A DNA stretch of 64,000 nucleotides from Lama glama (GCA_028534125.1 CM052824.1:60760001-60824000), one strand, 5' to 3'. Shown: positions 46,701 to 60,744, numbered from the stretch's first letter. Notes: generated from the sequence alone by a model not told the origin. A program made the numbers and translations.

Positions 46701-48607
46701 CTGTCTGCTTGGGGTCAGCCAGCTTTGGAGGGTGGGGCCTCTGCTCTCCATGGGGTTGGGAAAGGGGAAAGGCCTATTCCAGGAGAAGGATCTCTGGCCA
46801 TGTCCAGCCCCAGGCCAGGGTGAGGGCACGTGTGTCACCTGTGGTGTTCAGAATATTCCTGAGGCCCCCAGAAGGTGGAGGCTCCTGCTTTGGGGTTCCC
46901 CTCACCAACAAGCTCTGGAAAATAACTGCCCCATGCAGCAGCTGGCAGACCCACCCCCAGAGGGCCTTGTGGGCAGAGGGCTTGGATCTGAGGGACAGGC
47001 ACCGGGCGTTCGCGTGTTTGGCAGGAGCTGTGACCCCACCACCTGGATCACATGCCCACTGCGTCTCCAGGTATCTGGAACACCTGGAATGAATGAATGA
47101 ACGGACAAATAGTTGAAGACCCCTCCAAAGCGCTAGGAGTGGGTGGTCCTCCTAGGACCCCGGGCCTGTTCTGGGGGTCATCCCAGCATCAGCCTGCAGC
47201 ACAGTAACGTCACGCAAGGACTTGCCTGCGCCTGGGGCGGTGCGGGAGGTGGCCCCTGGGTGGAGGCGTGGGCAGGACAGACCCCTGAAGGGCCCGGCAG
47301 CTGAGGTCCAGTCCTCTTCACCTCTGGACAGTTTCCGTATTTCCCAGTTTTCCACCAAGATCTCATACTTTCATGGTCACAAACACCTATTGTTTCCAAA
47401 GTGAAAAGTACAAAGATGTTGTTTCTAACTGATTATAAGAGTGATGGAGGCTCCCTGTAGAACTCGGACAGCACGGCTGGTGTGGGGAAGGGGACCGCCA
47501 CCAACAAGCCCCCAGGCCCTGCACCTGTCACTTATGACCTGGGACCCAGGGTGGGACGCACCGAGTGCCTCCTACCAGCTGTGGGCCCGTGGGGGGGGGG
47601 GGCTTGGCCAGGGCAGGGAAGAGCGGGGTCCTGGCCTCGGGCTCAGGTCCCTCCGCGAAGATGGTGCCAGGCTCACCCCACCCCTGGTTTTCTCTGATAA
47701 ATGTTCTTTGTGAGATACTTTCAGAAACTTAGAGATCCTTCAGGTGAAAGGGGCAGGTCGGGTGGAGTTTATGTTCAGTGAGACCTCATCAGACAGAAAC
47801 AGAGGCCTCCCAGGGGGTCAGTGGCCCCTCCCAAGGGGTCCTTCCTCGTCCAAGTTCACAGGCTGCATTTGTGCCAACTTCGCGCGTGGCGCTGCCCTGG
47901 AAGAGGTGAGTGGTGGGCTCTGGCATCTCCGTGAGCCATGAGGCGGGGGTGTGGTCACCCCACCAGGTGTGACCCTGCCCTGAGTGGGGCCTGGCGAGGA
48001 CCACACAGGTCACAGGAGAGCCTGGGACACTCGCTGCCAGACGCTGGGCACACACAGCTGTGGGACGGACGGGCCACAGATGTTTCCTGTCTTTGTGTCG
48101 GGTCTCAGGATCTGGAGAGGCTGCTGCAGGTGACAACATTTGTTTCACTGGCTCCTTCGCTCATGCAGGGGCTGCTGACGGGGTGCCAGGAGTCGTGTGG
48201 GACTGGGGGCTGACTTGGCCCACACGCCGGCGGGGGGACAGGTCACAGCCGTGGCAGCTTTGTTGGGGCGACGGGGCCTGACCAGGTCCCCAGAAAGGAG
48301 GCTGCAGTGGGCCGTGAGGAGGACAGTGGAGGAGGGAGGCAGGTGGGCGGCGGGGAGCAGCCCACCTGCCTCCCTGCGTCCCTGTCCGTGCAGGTGTGTC
48401 AGTACACGTGTGTCTGCGTGCATCCGTGCGCCTCTCAGCCCCGGGTGCACCATTATAGATGGACTTCCTCCGAAGTGAGAGTGAGAGTTTCTCCCCCAGC
48501 ACTGCTGGTTTGGGCGCCGGGCCGTTCACGGTGGTGGGACCTCCGAGCCTTGCAGGGTGTGGCGCGCCATCCCCCCCCACCCCGCCCCCAGGCGCCTTCC
48601 CGTGGGC

Positions 48608-48638
48608 GCAGTGCTGTGCGTTCCCAGTAGAGGGCGCT
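48608..48638 (+). promoter_or_regulatory. Probable CTCF site (core CCAGTAGAGGGCGCT plus upstream GCAGTGC motif)
   Basis: The core at 48624-48638 fits CCASYAGRKGGCRSY at every position. A GCAGTGC upstream-motif-like element starts 16 bp before it. Confidence 0.65.
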
Positions 48639-51600
48639 GCGGGACACGGCCGGCGGCCGCGGAACGGCTCGTGGGGTCCCGGGCGCAGGAAGGTGAGGAC
48701 ACATGGGGGCTCTGCCCAGCCACACGTCCAGAGCCCGGGCCCGGGGGCCAGCCTGGGGAGGGCCCTTTGCAAAGTCATCCCCCGTGGGCACCCTGGCTCA
48801 GCCTGCCTTCTGCCTGCAGTCTCGTCCGCGGTTTAAGCACCGCTTACATTAAATGGTCCCTGTTTAAAAGCACTGGGAGGCTCGTCTGCGGTGGGACCTA
48901 GACGGACCATCTGCGTGTGTCTATGCACCTGAGTGTGGTCTGTGTGCGTGCACTGGAGGAGGTGCCGCAGGGGCCGGAGAGCGCGGGGAGGGAGTGTTGC
49001 TGTGTCCAGGGCCTGGAGCGGGGAGGCTGCAGAGGCACTTGCTGGGCGCTGCTGGGCTTCCCGTATACCCCTGCTGATCCTCACCTTGTCTGCGTGTCCT
49101 GGGGCCGTCCGCGACACCAGGAACCCCAGCGCCATGCCCTGTACCAGGTATCACCTGCTCTGCCTTCCTCGGACGTGGGTATCAGGGCCCACTCTCTGGA
49201 TGAAGACACTGAGAGTCAGGGCGGCCTAGTGCTTGGTCCAGGATCACAGGGCTGGGATGTGGCATCACCGCCAGCCCCACCCAGGCCTTTTGGGACACGC
49301 CGCGCATCTCTCATCAGGCTGGGTGTGCCCACAGAATGGAGCCTACGACAGTTGGGGTCAGAGCACCGTGGCGGCACGGGTGCGTCCCATCCTGTGGCCG
49401 CTGGGAAGTGGAGTGTGTCCCGCTTTCACATCCCCTCGGCCGCCTGGAATTATATTTAAAACCCAAAGCAGCCTGATGGGCTGAGGAGGCAGCAGCCAAA
49501 GCTCGGTCACCATGGCGATGCTGGGGGAGCGCTGTTTCAGCAACACGAAGCTCCACGGGCTGGAGGACGCAGCGGCAGAGCTGGGGCAGGTCTCCAACTG
49601 TTCACCCGAGCCCTGGTCCATCCTCGCCTGGCTGCACCCAGCCCCCTGCACCACACCCACCTGGCTGCGGTGCCCCCACCTTGCTGAGCTGGCCCGTCAA
49701 AGCCTGAGACCCCCGGTGGGTGTGGCCCACGTCCTGGCACAGCTTCCAGATGGCTTGTCCAGGGGGGCGTCCGGGAGGCCTCGTCCCAGCGAGAGGCGGG
49801 GCTGTGACTGCCTGGGAGCAAGCGGCATGGCTTCAGCGTCTGGTCTGCTCACCATGCTCTGGGTGCCCACTCTGAGGGGAGAACTGACAACGCAGATGGT
49901 CGCAGACAGGTGTCTGCCACCCACGCAGCTGCAGGGTCGAGGGTGGGAGGTGACGTGGATGACCGCAGGCTCCGTGTGGCCCTTGAGATGGAAAGTTGCA
50001 CACACAAGTGCCCGTGCATACGCAAACTCACATACACACACTCACATCTGGGATAGTGCAGGAGCCAGGCAGGTATGGCCCCGCTGGGACAGAAAGAGGG
50101 GGTACCCTGCCGGGTGCCCCAGCAAACCAGCAGATGGACAAGCAGGGCCTTGCCCAGCAGATGGACAGGCCTGAAGGCCGCCAGCCCGGCTGCAGAAAGT
50201 GCCCCAGCTTCCCAGTGCGGGGAGACAATCCCTGGGGGCCTTGTCACTGGGGTCAGGAGCCTCCTGTGGGCGGGGCCCAGGGACAGCCAGCGGCACCCAG
50301 AGGCAGCCCTCAGTCCTCGCTGAGCCCTGACCACCCTCCCCGGGCAGAGCAGCTGGGGTGACAACTGCTTTTAGGACAGGGCTTCATTTAACCTCTGCAG
50401 CATCCACCTGGGTGGGTGGGTGGGTGGGGCTCTGCAGGTTTGAGAGGTGCGGCACCTTCCAGGGGTCCAGCACAGATACCAGGGCGGGCACCTCAGGGCC
50501 CTGTCTGCCTCCTCACACGGCGCCTCAGGGGAGCCCCGAGAGCTGTGCCTTCAGGGTCGACCTGAGGAGGACAGCCCCCAGGTGAAGCCACCCAGCCTGA
50601 CAGTTCCTGGGACAGCCGCTGCGGCTGGGCTGGGCAGCCCTTGGTTCCCAGGGAAGAGGGCGGGGCTGCGGGGCATCCCAGCCCAAGGACGGAAACCCAA
50701 GGCCACCCAGTCCAGGTGCTTGTGCCACTGGGGAGGGGCCAGCCCGAGGGAGGCAGCCCAGGTGGGCGCTGCCCAGCCAGTGGCTTCCATTCCAGGAGAC
50801 AAACCAGAGGCCGGGGAACCCAAATAGTTTATACTGGGCAGAAAACGAAGAGCCTCGCTCCCTGAAGGGGATAATTCCAAGCTGTGCATGCATCAGACCT
50901 CCTTGGAGAGACGGCCTAGAACCAAAGGTGGTTAGCATCTTGCTCACAGGCTGTGCAGAGACAGAGACTCATGGGAGATGGCCTCCCAGCTGGAAACGGG
51001 GACCCTGCTTCCTAACGGCCAGGCCCAGCAGTCCTCCCGCAGGGTCTCCCTTGGTGTCCTGGTTGGCCTCCAGCTCCTTGGCCCCAGTGGAGCCCCAGCC
51101 TCCCTGGAAGGTCATCTCCCTCGGCCTCAGTGCACCCAGGGCAGGCAGCCCAGAGGCTCAAGAGTCTGGCCCCACGTCCAGCCCCTCCACTCCACCCCTA
51201 AGCTGTGCTGCGTCCGGGATGGGAGCAGGTGCCCCCGACGTGTGCCTTCTGGGTGCCGCACCCACGCCGTGCTGGGAAGCCAGCCCTCTGCAGCACCCCC
51301 CGGTGTGGTGTTTGCTGCTGCGTCCATGGCGTGAAGGCACTGAACTTGGAGTCGTGGAGACGCATGCACAGTCAGCTCCTGTGGGTCTGGAGGAGACCCC
51401 TTCCTCCCACCCTGGTCTGCCTTCTCCTTCCTGCAGCCCCTCCCTGGGCGGGCTCTCCCATTCCTAGGGTCCACCCCGTCCCAGGGCCCTGCGCACTGAG
51501 GGCTGTCCACGTCTCCCAGAGTCGCCCTGGCTGTGCTCGGTGGAAGCTGAGAGTTCAGGGAATTCTCAAGACCCAGCCTGGACGGCAAGTCTGTTGTCTT

Positions 51601-51714
51601 GCTGCAAATCCTATTTCGAATAGCTAAGCCCGAACACTGACCACCTCTCCTTCCTGCAACTCTCCTCTGCTGGCCGCCTCCCAGCCCCGCAGAGGGTGTC
51701 CGGCCAGCCACGAA

Positions 51715-51900
51715 CCTGCTAACCTACTGGGTGCCATGAGGTGACAGGCTCTGTTCTAAGTGAGTTTTGCTAATCACACCAGTTCATGCTGACCACGGCC
51801 GGGTACCATCATTACCCCAGTTTACAGGTGGCGATTTCCAGCTCGGGGGGGTTAGTCACTGGCTGTGTGCGGGAAACGGTAGGGTTGAGGCTAACCAGGC
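51715..51900 (+). mobile_element. MIR SINE fragment
   Basis: ctactgggtgcca...tctgttctaagtg...catcattaccccagtttacaggtg...gttagtcactgg. Confidence 0.55.
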
Positions 51901-52839
51901 ACCCAGCGCCAGCGCCCACACGCCAGCCACCGCGTCACAGGACTTCTCAACCAGGAGAGAACAGCGTGTTCGTCTCCCCCAGGCGGTCGCCCTACGACCC
52001 TGGAAATCCAGAACCTCTTGCTTGTAGGGGTTCTTGGTCCCCTCCGCTTGCCTCCAAGTTCGCAGCAGTGGGGTGGACAGTCCCCAGGCGCATGGGCAGC
52101 GTCCTACCCTAGCTGTCCCCCGCCCCCTAGGACTTTCCCTCATGTGCTCAGCCCGGGCAGGGCAGCCTGGACGTGGGGGAGCTGACGTCCCTCGGGGCAG
52201 CCGTCAACCGACAGGGCTTGGACCCTGGTGGACCCTCCTCGGGAGGACAATGCCGAGGGGCTCCAGCGGGGCTCTGGGGACGGACCCACGCCCCAACAGG
52301 GACAGCCCAGGACGCAGACTCCACCGCCTGCAGTGGAGCCCTTGCAGTGGCCTCCACTCTCGGGTCCTGGAGGTGGCTGTGGAGTCGGGTCACTCAACGG
52401 CGCGAAGACGAGGGCCCCCCCACCACCACCGGCTGGTGGGTCGTGGGGTGGCGATGACAGCCCGCACACCCTCACCACCGCGGAGTCCGGAGCCGACTGC
52501 GGCTGCAGGGCGTGCGGAGAAAGCCGCAAAGTCCTCCCGGTTGGGGCTCAAAGAAACCCCGTCTCCTGCAGCCACAGGCAGATGGGGCTGAGAATCAGGC
52601 CCAAGGTCCAAGTCTAGATGAGACGACAGACCCGCCAAGAAGACTGGTCGTGCGGCCGTGCTGAGATCAGGACCCTGCGGGGGTCGCAGGGTCTGAGGCC
52701 TGGTCTGGGGTCCTGATGAGTGAGCCAACCTGAGGCCCTTGTACCCCAGCATCTATCCTGCTTCTTTGTGGAAAGGAGGCTCCTCTGATCAGGGCTCCCT
52801 AAAAAGACACTAGAGATGGACGCCTTTGCCAGGTGCTTG

Positions 52840-53280
52840 CTGTGTGCGTTTCCTGTGGCCACTGAAACACAGGACCACAAACTGGGAGGCTTAGAACAGC
52901 AGAAATCGACCATCAGTCTGGAGACCAGAAGTCTGAGGCGCAGGTGCTGGTAGGGCTGGTCCCTTCTGGACCCAGGCCTCTCCCGGAGATGCCGCCGGGT
53001 TCACAGGCTCCTGGACGTCCCTTGGCTTGGAGACACATCACTGCCATCTCTGCCTCTTTCTTCGCCTGGCTGTCCTCCGTCTCCCTGCATGTCCTCTTCT
53101 TGAGTAGGGACACTAGGAGTTGGATTCAGGTGCAAGGTCCCCCTAATCCAACAGGGCTTCATCTTAACCTGCATCTTGATTGCCTCTTCAAAGACCCTGC
53201 TTCCAACATCACACTCACAGGCACCAGGAGTGAGGACTTAGCACATCTTCAGGGGCACACGACCCCACCCATCACTCTCA
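52840..53280 (-). mobile_element. MaLR LTR (MLT1B/C-like)
   Basis: gtttcctgtggcc...ccacaaactgggaggcttagaacagcagaaat...cagtctggagaccagaagtctgagg...agggacactag...aagaccctgcttccaa. Confidence 0.8.
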
Positions 53281-55070
53281 CCCTCTGTGGAGTCTGCCCC
53301 TGCCTTCCCTCACTGCTCCAGACACCAGCTGGCAGCGAGTCTCAGCATGGCCTGAGCGGGGGTGTCCAGTACCTGGTACGGGAGGGGACAGCTTGCTCCC
53401 AGAGGAACTGCAGTTTCCGGCTAGTCAGTCCTGCGGGAACTTTGGTCGCATGTGGCCCTGGAGAATGTCGGACAGGGGCGCGGTCTGTGAGGCTGGGCAG
53501 GGAAAGCTCATTGACGTGATGTGGGGCTCACTGATGGCCAAGGGCTGGCCGTCTGAGCGAGATGGAAGCAGCCCTCGTGCATGGGGCCTGGCTCCCTCAA
53601 GCTGGGACGCGATGCTGGAGACTCTGGGACGTCTTTGGAGGAGTGTGAAGAGGGGCCTGAAGTCTTGGGCTGGGGCTACTGGGGAGAGTGCACAGGAGCC
53701 ACAACCTGACGGGGTCCCCAGGGACCTGGAAGACGTGCCTTTCCCTAACACAGCAGGAAAGGTGCAAGCGAGAGAGTCCAGTGCGGCCGGGGAGCTCCAG
53801 GATGGCTGACCTGGAGCTGTGTGGCCAGTGTGACCAGGAGGGCCCACCACGGGTCCGGAAATAGCAGAGGCATGGCCGTGGGCACACAACTGTCAGAGGC
53901 ACAGCCGTGGGCCCAGTTATGGGAATGGGAGGATCTGGAAGGAAACCAGAGTGCCTCAGAGAGGGGAGGGGTGCTGGCTCACGCACCAAGCAGATTTGTC
54001 TCATGGCGGACGTCGTGTTAACTGGACCTGCTGGCCAGAGGGCAGACAAGTCCCACCCGGATTCAGGGTTCAGCCTCATCAGGGAAGTTCTGGTCACGCC
54101 AGGACTCCTGACTCATTGCAAGTTCACAGTGCTTGGCGGGCTTCTTGGAATAGGGGAGGCCACAAACGTCACACCGGGTGCAGGTTTGGAGGGGGCGCGG
54201 AGCAGGGTGCCCTGCAGCAGGTGCGGGCTGGGGTGAGGGCATCCGCACAGTGACACCGCCGCCAGCTCAGGTCCGCGGCCTTGCGTGGGGCTGGAAACCC
54301 TAAAATCAAGGGGCAGGGAAGGCACGCCAGCTGGTTTGTGGCTGTGCCCACGGTGGACACAGATGTGTCCAAGGTGACAAGGGACCACGGTGCCGCCCAG
54401 GCCTACTCCAGAGTGACATAAAAGAAGAGCAGTGAAGGTGTGCATGGGGAACCTCTGAAGGCCAAAGTCCAAGCAACACATTTGACGTTAATGTTTGCAG
54501 GATTTGCCTCCTGGGCTTCCACGTCCGGGGACACAGAATGTGCCATGGCAGCAACTGACACCCAGCGAGGACGAGGTGACCGAGGCTCGTCCTTTGGGAC
54601 CAGAGTCTGGTCACCGCAGCAGGAGGTAACTGAAGTGAACAGAAGCGCTGGTGGGACGAGGGGAGACGGGAGAGGAGGCCTCTTGATTGCGGCCCACGGG
54701 CCACAGCCATGGCACCGACTGGCTTGTTCCACTAAACCTCGCTGTCCTGGGTCCTGCTGCCGTGACAGCCACCACTGGGAAGAACCAGCACCGCCTGAGC
54801 AGATGTGCGCTGCACTGGCTGGAAGCAGCAGTCGCCTCTAGCGCCCCCCAGAGCTCAGCTTGTAGGCAGGCAGCCCTGGGTGGGGGGTAGCTGGTGGTAA
54901 GGCCCCAGCCCCGCCTTCTTCCAAAGACAAGCCGGGGCCCACTCTGCCGGGCTCGTAGTGTCCCCAAAGGGATGAGACCTGGTCGTCCCAGGCCAGCCAG
55001 GCACCCTGTAGCCTGTCCCTCCTTCCTCCGTTCTCCTTACTCCCTGCTCCCACATCTGGGGTGTCACCCT

Positions 55071-55470
55071 CTGTACTGGGATGAACACTGCCCCCCAAAT
55101 CCATGTCCACCCAGAACCTCAGAATATGAGCATGTTTGGAAATAGGGTCTTTGCAGCGACAATTAGTTAAGATGAAGTTGTCCTGGGTTACAAGGCCCTA
55201 ATTCTGATGTCATCAGAAGGACACCCAGAGGGAAGGCCGCATGACCACGGAGGCAGCGGTAGGGCCACGTGTCTACCAGCCAAGCAGTGCCAGGAGCTGG
55301 GGAGACCGAGGCCTGGGACAGACTCACCCTCAGAGCCTCCCGGAGGGGCCAGGCCTGCCCACACCCGGATCCCAGGCTCTGGTGTCCAGAACTGCGAGAG
55401 TGTGAGGTTCAGCTGCTTTAAGGTCCCCAGTCTGCGGTACTTTGTTACAGCCACCCCAGGAAACCAGTCC
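55071..55470 (+). mobile_element. MaLR LTR (MLT1B-like), near complete
   Basis: tgtactgggatgaacactgccccccaaatccatgtccacccagaacctcagaat...ggaaatagggtctttgcag...ggtactttgttacagccaccccaggaaac. Confidence 0.85.
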
Positions 55471-57556
55471 CCCCAGATAAACTCCTTGTACCGAGTCCTT
55501 GTCTCCAGCTCTGATTCTGAGGGAACCCAAACATTGCCCCAGGTGTGGGCTCCAAGCCACAGGCAGGCTGTGTGCCTCACTGGGTCAGTGCCCCTCCTGC
55601 CCCTGCTGCAGGCGAAAGGGAGCTGAGGGGCCGCCCCCTGATGCGCCTGCACTTCCAGCCTGGGGAAGAGCTGCCCCGGCTCTCAGGGAGGCATCCAGGA
55701 GTCTACGTTGGCAGCACACGGCTCCCAGCCTCCGCCAGAAACCACAGCCCAGGAAGCCACCAGCCCTCTGAGACCGTCCCTGCTGGAAGGAGGTGCATAC
55801 AGAGCCCAGGCCGCCCCCACCCCGCTGACCCGGCCCAGGTGCCCCTTCACGAGAGACGCTGACATCACCGCCCCGAGCCGGCTCTTCTCAACTGCAAGCC
55901 TCTGTCACCCTGGCCTTCAGTCTGCGCATGTCATCACCACGGAATAAAACTCGTGTTTCGAAAGCGCCAGCCCTGCAGACACGTGGGCAGGAGCAGCCCC
56001 TGCCCGTCCCTCTCCCCGGCCACGCAGATGTGTGGGCAGGAGCAGCAGCCTGCAGGCTAGAGGGAGTGGCTGCTGCTTGCAGAATCAGGCAAGGCTCCTG
56101 CCCGGGCGGCCTCGCTGCGTGGGTGCCTAAGGCAGTCACAAAGCCCGCTTTAAATAGCTCCTTGTGGGTACGCACAGCAGAAGGGCGGCCTCAAGCCGCA
56201 GGGATGGTGGAGAGAGGCGGGTGCCAGGGTGGGCAGGGTCCGGGCAGCAGGGGGGCCCAGGCGACCCAGCAGTTCCGTGAACCTTGAACCCACCCACGCG
56301 TCCCCCAGAGGCCTTGGTGGAAGGCAGGCCTGGGGGCAGGACCCTGGGTGCCAGGGGTGGGGGGTGCTGTGGGCAGTCTCGGGCCCAGCCTGATAGCTTC
56401 GGAGTGCCTCCTGGGGCCTGGACGTCCCAACCCTGGCAAATCCCCAGGTGCCAGGTAGGAGGGGAGCAGTGCCCCGGCTGGGGTTGGGCAAGCCAGAGAG
56501 TGCCGAGCAAGAAGAGGAGAGGAGGCTTCACTGTCCTGGTTCTCGGAGTTGGCCGGGCTTAGCCTGCCACCCCCCGCTGACCAGAGCTGGCCCAGGGCCC
56601 CGGCCGACCCAGATCCAGGCTCTGCTGCTCCTAGGCCGCCTGCTCTCTGCTGCTCCCAGGTCAGTCACAGTGGAGCCCTACGCCCTGGCCAGACCCACCC
56701 CCTGGGATGACCCTGCACAGCCCTGAAGCCTAGTCCAAAGGGCAGCCTGGTGCAAGGAAGGGTCTTAGGAAGTGAGGGGTCTTCGAGCTGGAGATGCGAT
56801 CCTTGGGCATGGTGCAGGCAGCTGGGCCAACGCCCTGCTCCACCTGAGGGCACGGCTGGTCCTGTGGGAGGCAGCTGTGTCTACACCTGCAGCTGGACCA
56901 CCTGACCTCAGAGGTCACGCTGCCAGCTAGGCCCTGCCCATGGGTGAGTGTCCCCCAGCACTGCCCCATGGCCTGGGGACACTGCCGACCCTGGACAGGC
57001 GTGTAGGCAAAGGGCAGGGCACTTTCTGATTCACACAAAGTCAGCATCATGCTGGGGGTGGGGCCCAGCGGGATCGTGGCCTGGCTGCCACCTGGTCATA
57101 GCCGGGCACTGGGCCGGCACTCCTGACCCCGCGGCAGGCGGCTTGGCCGCACTCATGCCCATCGAATCACAGGCTTCTGTCCATTCCAGGTGTGATGACC
57201 TGTCCTGCTCTGGGGCAGGGAAGCCTGGGCCCCTGATTGAGAGCTGTCTGTCAGGTCACCAATGGCCCAGGGTTGGGGAGGCTGGGGTTGTTAGCGGGGA
57301 CTCGGTGGGCTCTGAGCCCAGTCACCACGTCCAGAAGGCATCGTCGTGGCCCCCACCATGGCCCAAAGGGAGGGGAGGAGTCGAGGCCCCTACAGGCCCC
57401 CAAGCCCCTCTGTATTCGAGTCTCTGTCTCTAAGTCCCTCTGCCCCGAGCCCATCAGCCCTTCGAGCCAGCAGCCAGAGAGACTTCCAGGCTCTGGGAGC
57501 AGAGGTCACAGCCCAGGTGCGGTGACAGCAATCGTCAGCAGGGGCAAAGGTTCCAT

Positions 57557-57562
57557 TTTATT
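57557..57562 (-). terminator. GABRD: GABRD polyadenylation signal AATAAA
   Basis: tttatt on the + strand ~410 nt after the stop codon; the only such hexamer I saw in the immediate 3' region. Confidence 0.8.
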
Positions 57563-57971
57563 TCATGCTGGGACCAAAGGCCTGCGGACGCCCTTCCCCA
57601 CCCTCTCATTCAGGTGATGAGCACCATCCACGCCCGGCCTCCTTCCGCTCCCCGGGCCAAGCCCACAGAGCCAAGTCCCAGAGCCGGACCATTTTGCAGC
57701 CAGATGCGTGGCTCCCTGGGGCCCCTCGCCTGCCTGGCCCGGCCTGGGTCAGGTGGCTCTGCTACTGGAGCAGGGAGCTGGGCCGGCGTCCGCGGAGCCC
57801 AGAGGTGACTGGGTGAGGGTGGGGACAGAGCCTGGGGACGCTCAGGGAGGCCGAGCTTTCCTCTTGTTTTGTGTGACTCGTGGTCATGCCCCTCTGAAAC
57901 ACACAGAGCCCCCTGGGGGGCCTTTCTCAGGGGAGGTTCTGGGCAGCAGGACAAGCCTGTGGTGTGCGGCC

Positions 57972-58262
57972 TCACATGGTGTACGCGGCCCAGTAGATGA
58001 CATTGACTGCGGCGAAGGCAGCAGGGAACACAGCGCGGGCGTAGATGTCAATGGTGTCCGCGTCGATGGGCTTGAAAAGTGCACGGAGGCCCCTTGAGCG
58101 GGCCCCCCCCTGCTTCTTCATCTCCCCTGTCTCCACCTCCACCGACCTGTAGGAGCCCATGAGGTTCCCCCGCATCCGGCACTGCCGGCGGGACACAGCC
58201 AGCTCCTGGGTGACGCCGGCGGCCGAGAGTGAGAAGAGCACGATTGCATTCTTCACGTCCAT
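57972..58262 (-). CDS. GABRD: GABRD exon 9 coding part (intracellular loop and M4, ...[31 protein letters not shown])
   Basis: Acceptor cttccccgtgcag; 96 codons plus TGA at 57974-57972. Confidence 0.97.
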   Translation of the reverse strand: MDVKNAIVLFSLSAAGVTQELAVSRRQCRMRGNLMGSYRSVEVETGEMKKQGGARSRGLRALFKPIDADTIDIYARAVFPAAFAAVNVIYWAAYTM

Positions 58263-58557
58263 CTGCACGGGGAAGAGGGTGCTAAGCAGCAGACAATGAG
58301 AGGCTCCCAGGCAGACCCCGACCTGTGCCTGCAGCTCCACCCCTCAGCGAGCAGATCAAGGGGTCTGGGTCTGCCCTCCTGGAGCCCGGGGGACGCAAGT
58401 GACCTCCTCGAGCAGTGGGCAGAGGGTCCCAGGTTGAGAGCAGGAGAAGTGCCCTGCCTTCTGCCCCTGCAATGCCGCCCCCTCGCTGTGCTGGGGCGCA
58501 GGGTGGGGAGCTGTCCTTGGTCCTGAACACAAAAGACCCGGCCCGGCCTGGCCTCAC

Positions 58558-58769
58558 CTCGGCCCTCTGCTCCTTGACCTTGACCTTGGCCTTTTGCTTC
58601 TTCCGGTAGTCGGCATTGAAGTGGGCAAAGGCGTACTCGACCAGGGCGGCAAACACAAAGACATAGCAGATCCAGAAGTACACGTCCAGCGCCTTGATGG
58701 CTGATGCCCGCGGGAGGGAGGAGCGAGCGCTGACCATCAGTGTGGTCATGGTCAGCACCGTGGTGATTC
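58558..58769 (-). CDS. GABRD: GABRD exon 8 (M2-M3: [71 protein letters not shown])
   Basis: 212 nt with catcag acceptor and GTGAG donor; pore motif TTVLTMTT. Confidence 0.98.
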
Positions 58770-58809
58770 CTGATGGGAGTAGGTGTGGCCATCGCTGAAG
58801 CCCCTGCTA

Positions 58810-59259
<450 letters not shown>

Positions 59260-59679
59260 TCACCGGCCAAGGGGTCAGGAGCCTCCCGTGCACAGGGCCA
59301 CAGGAAGAAGGACCTTCGCAGCAGGACCCTCGCAGAGCACCGTCCACTCACCTCCGTTGATCTGCCCTCCTTGAGGACAGACCAGGCTGAGCCCACTGGC
59401 TCCAATGACGGGGCAGCAGGAGCAGCCAAGAGACAACACAGGCTCGGGCCCGGAGCCCCCACGCCCCTCGGGTATCCCCAAGCCCGGAGCGCTGCTGGCC
59501 CCAGGGAGCAGTGAAGGACCAGGAACCTGCCCCGGCCTGCCCTGTCGCTATTCTTGAGTGGCTTGGCCGGGTTCCAGCTGCACCCTCAGGGGCCCTCAGG
59601 GCGGCTGGCGGCTCAATTAAAAGCACCAGGAAACCACAGGCGGGGCTCATGGGGAAGAGGCCGCAAGAGGCTATGTTAC

Positions 59680-59817
59680 CCGATTTGAAGTTGGTCAGCT
59701 CCGTGGTGAAGCGGTAGCTGGTGATGGTGAACTGGGCCAGCTGCAGCCTGTCCAGCCCGTGGATCTGCTCCTGGTTTTCGGACCAGTAGTAGACGATGTC
59801 CTCAGACGAGTAGCCAT
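59680..59817 (-). CDS. GABRD: GABRD exon 6 ([46 protein letters not shown])
   Basis: 138 nt with ctgcag acceptor and GTAAC donor, in frame. Confidence 0.97.
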
Positions 59818-60079
59818 CTGCAGGAGAGCCACAGCTGGGTGGCAGAGCCTGGCGTCCCCAGCCCATGGCTGCCCCCTGCAGAACCGTCCTGCCCACTCTG
59901 GGAGCCTGATATGCAGACACAGGGGACAGCACAGGAAGACCCGGCCTGGAGAAAGGAGGCCTGGGGCCATGCCTGGCACCATGGGCAGGTGGGTGAGGCC
60001 AGAAGAACTGGCAGAAGCAAGGGTCACCATTGCCAGGTGACCCCCAGGGGCTGCCAAGATGGCCAGTGACGCAGATTCA

Positions 60080-60427
<348 letters not shown>

Positions 60428-60744
60428 TCAAGCCGCTCTCCCGCTTTGTTGGCAAGGTGCCAGCATCCAGGTGGATCCTGGAACCTGTGGCCACTTTACA
60501 GTTATCTGTGGGTCTTTCTCGGGGAATCAAGAACTGGATTTCATTCCCTTTCCTCATCCTTCAAAACACCCGACTGTTTGTCTAAGTCGGGGGCACCCTG
60601 TCTCCTGTGGAGCAGTGTCTGGGGGTCCCGCCGACCCCGCAGCCCAGGGAGCAGCTCGGGCTGCTAAGTGTTCTGACTTCCCACGAGAATTTAGATCGTC
60701 ATGTAAATCTCCTGATCTGTAAAATGCTGGCAATTAACCCCTCT

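Noticed and set aside
48440-48480. Peptide RRKSIYNGAPG resembling PRKCZ exon 5 (KSIYRRGARR)
   Set aside because: Only four residues match, it lies upstream of the promoter, and there is no acceptor at the right position; a chance match.
53425-54732. Protein-looking minus-strand ORFs downstream of GABRD (...SDILQGHMRPKFPQD; ...EANPANINVKCVAW)
   Set aside because: I found no consistent splice-site chain or recognisable family, so a gene cannot be supported without a homology search.
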